Part shown: in pieces, positions 45,622-46,754 of the stretch
Layout: every line of letters starts with the position of its first letter
How positions within the stretch are numbered: position 1 is the first letter of the stretch
Source of the DNA: a virus
Taxonomy: Duplodnaviria > Caudoviricetes
DNA length: 46,754 nt
IMG/VR virus record: IMGVR_UViG_3300020044_009410
Coordinates: 1-46,754 of that record
Reading direction: 5' to 3' (one strand)
Program-made: the position numbers and the translations under genes
The notes under the pieces: generated by a model
What the model was told of the DNA's origin: nothing
The model's database searches: none
Seen by the model: only the letters and a program-made list of their open reading frames with translations

Positions 45622-45935
45622 AATGGGGTTGATAGCCCGACCCTCGTAAAGGTGGTGAGACTAACCGATACGGATAAAATCAGGCATGGTCTAGCAATAG
45701 AACATGTAGCTCTGGATAGAATGAAGTAAAGCAACTAAGTTATCTGCAATAATGATACGCTTACAACATCTATGCTCTTACAGGCAAGTGCCAGACTTAC
45801 TGCTATAAACAAGGAGTCTCAATAGTTTAAATCTAGCATCTGTTTAAACTATTTAATACCGTATATATACGGGCTAGGTGCTATCCCTTCAGGGATGTCT
45901 TAACAGAATCTCAGATAGTGTTCTGCTTGGTTTTT
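45622..45935 (+). ncRNA. Candidate structured non-coding RNA or packaging element
   Basis: Own promoter, no credible ORF, several hairpins/palindromes. Confidence 0.45.
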
Positions 45936-45943
45936 GATAGTCG

Positions 45944-46025
45944 GTTAGTGGCAAAAATTACTTTGGGTGTATGGGGGGGTATATCCACCACTCACACTCC
46001 AAATCCCCCCTCCCCCTACCTTCTC
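45944..46025 (+). repeat. Imperfect direct copy of positions 1..80
   Basis: gttagtggcaaaaattactttgggtgtatgggggggtatatccacc...ctaccttctc versus 1..80; 4 substitutions and a 2-nt longer C-tract. Confidence 0.93.
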
Positions 46026-46754
46026 ACTACATTCTCTCAATCTTCTCGATGATGTAGCTACTAAATACAGCGATTTGATCTATTGCAAGCAGCGTTGTGC
46101 GACGCTACGAGACATTGCACGCATTAACAAACGTATCGATGACCACAATCTTAACATCACAGTGCTCAAGCGCATGAAGAAGAAGTTTAGACTAGAGTAA
46201 CTATATATATAGTGTGTGGTTAACGCACACTACTATTCATATCGAGCACTGCATCAATCACTGCACTCACAACCACATACTACATACCACATACCACATC
46301 AACAATCGCATCACTCGCATTCACTCACAACAACGCTATCAATCAACATACACTATATATATTAGTGCAATCATTATTACGCATTGCATCAACTATATAT
46401 ATTAGTGTGTATATCTACGCTGTATTAACTACTGCATTATTTATTGTGTCGAGGCATAGTGTTGTATTCTCGCAACACTATTGTATATTTGCTGTGCATT
46501 AATTAGTGTTGGTTAATAACTAGGCTTGCGTATAGCCCCGTGGTTGAGTTTTCAGTGGGTGGTCAATGGTAAGGGTAGGGTGTGCGTATCTTACAGATAA
46601 TAGTGTTTAAACGCGTTTAGAGAGGATTGCTCGCTATTTAATCGTAATCGCCCATTTGGTGGGGTTTAGCAGAGGAGAAGGTAGGGGGGGGGGATTTGGA
46701 GTGTGAGTGGTGGATATACCACCCCATACCCCCAAAGTAATTTTTGACATTAAC
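46021..46754 (-). repeat. Right inverted terminal repeat (734 bp)
   Basis: Reverse complement of 1..734. Confidence 0.95.

Larger units (their letters stand above)
1..46754. mobile_element. Bacteriophage genome (Caudoviricetes, podovirus morphotype, BPP-1/epsilon15-like structural module)
   Basis: Full terminase-portal-capsid-short tail-internal virion-lysis gene order, lambdoid replication/recombination genes, no host housekeeping flanks, repeats at both ends. Confidence 0.95.

Noticed and set aside
45967-46200. 77-aa ORF sharing its C-terminus with 555..932
   Set aside because: Chance fusion across the repeat junction; N-terminus comes from G/C tracts and the HTH part is missing
1-46754. 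Protein-primed or hairpin-telomere replication to explain the ITRs
   Set aside because: No family B polymerase, terminal protein or protelomerase recognised; the ends are not perfect palindromes
1-46754. Genome-wide stop codon reassignment
   Set aside because: Long intact genes and dense packing under the standard code; TGA, TAG and TAA all end well-supported genes

Overview
The window looks like a complete or near-complete AT-rich podovirus genome of the BPP-1/epsilon15 (T7-like virion) type, probably infecting a proteobacterium (SSB and Fis look betaproteobacterial; inference). The right arm (19.6-45.6 kb, minus strand) holds terS, terL, GNAT, portal, scaffold, capsid, cement, adaptor, nozzle, three internal virion proteins, tailspike, C92 peptidase and a split lysis cassette. 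The left arm (1.1-19.6 kb, mostly plus strand) holds many small early genes, several of them tandem paralogues, plus a lambda O-like initiator with internal iterons, RuvC-like, P-like, ERF, YqaJ, SSB, MazG-like and a gp49/66 (possible Acb4) protein. I found no integrase, DNA polymerase, reverse transcriptase or protelomerase. Most notable: (1) 734-bp inverted terminal repeats, plus an imperfect direct copy of the first 80 bp just inside the right repeat, joined by a 5-bp microhomology (real terminus or chimera); (2) a canonical Fis gene plus one or two Fis-like paralogues with altered recognition helices; (3) a tRNA-like RNA lacking an anticodon arm, downstream of fis; (4) a hairpin-rich non-coding region with its own promoter, divergent from terS; (5) a 45-aa endolysin remnant and a candidate antisense sRNA marking insertion of a 707-aa gene into the lysis cassette; (6) twin early promoters carrying a palindromic operator. 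All family calls are by eye from motifs; no searches were run.
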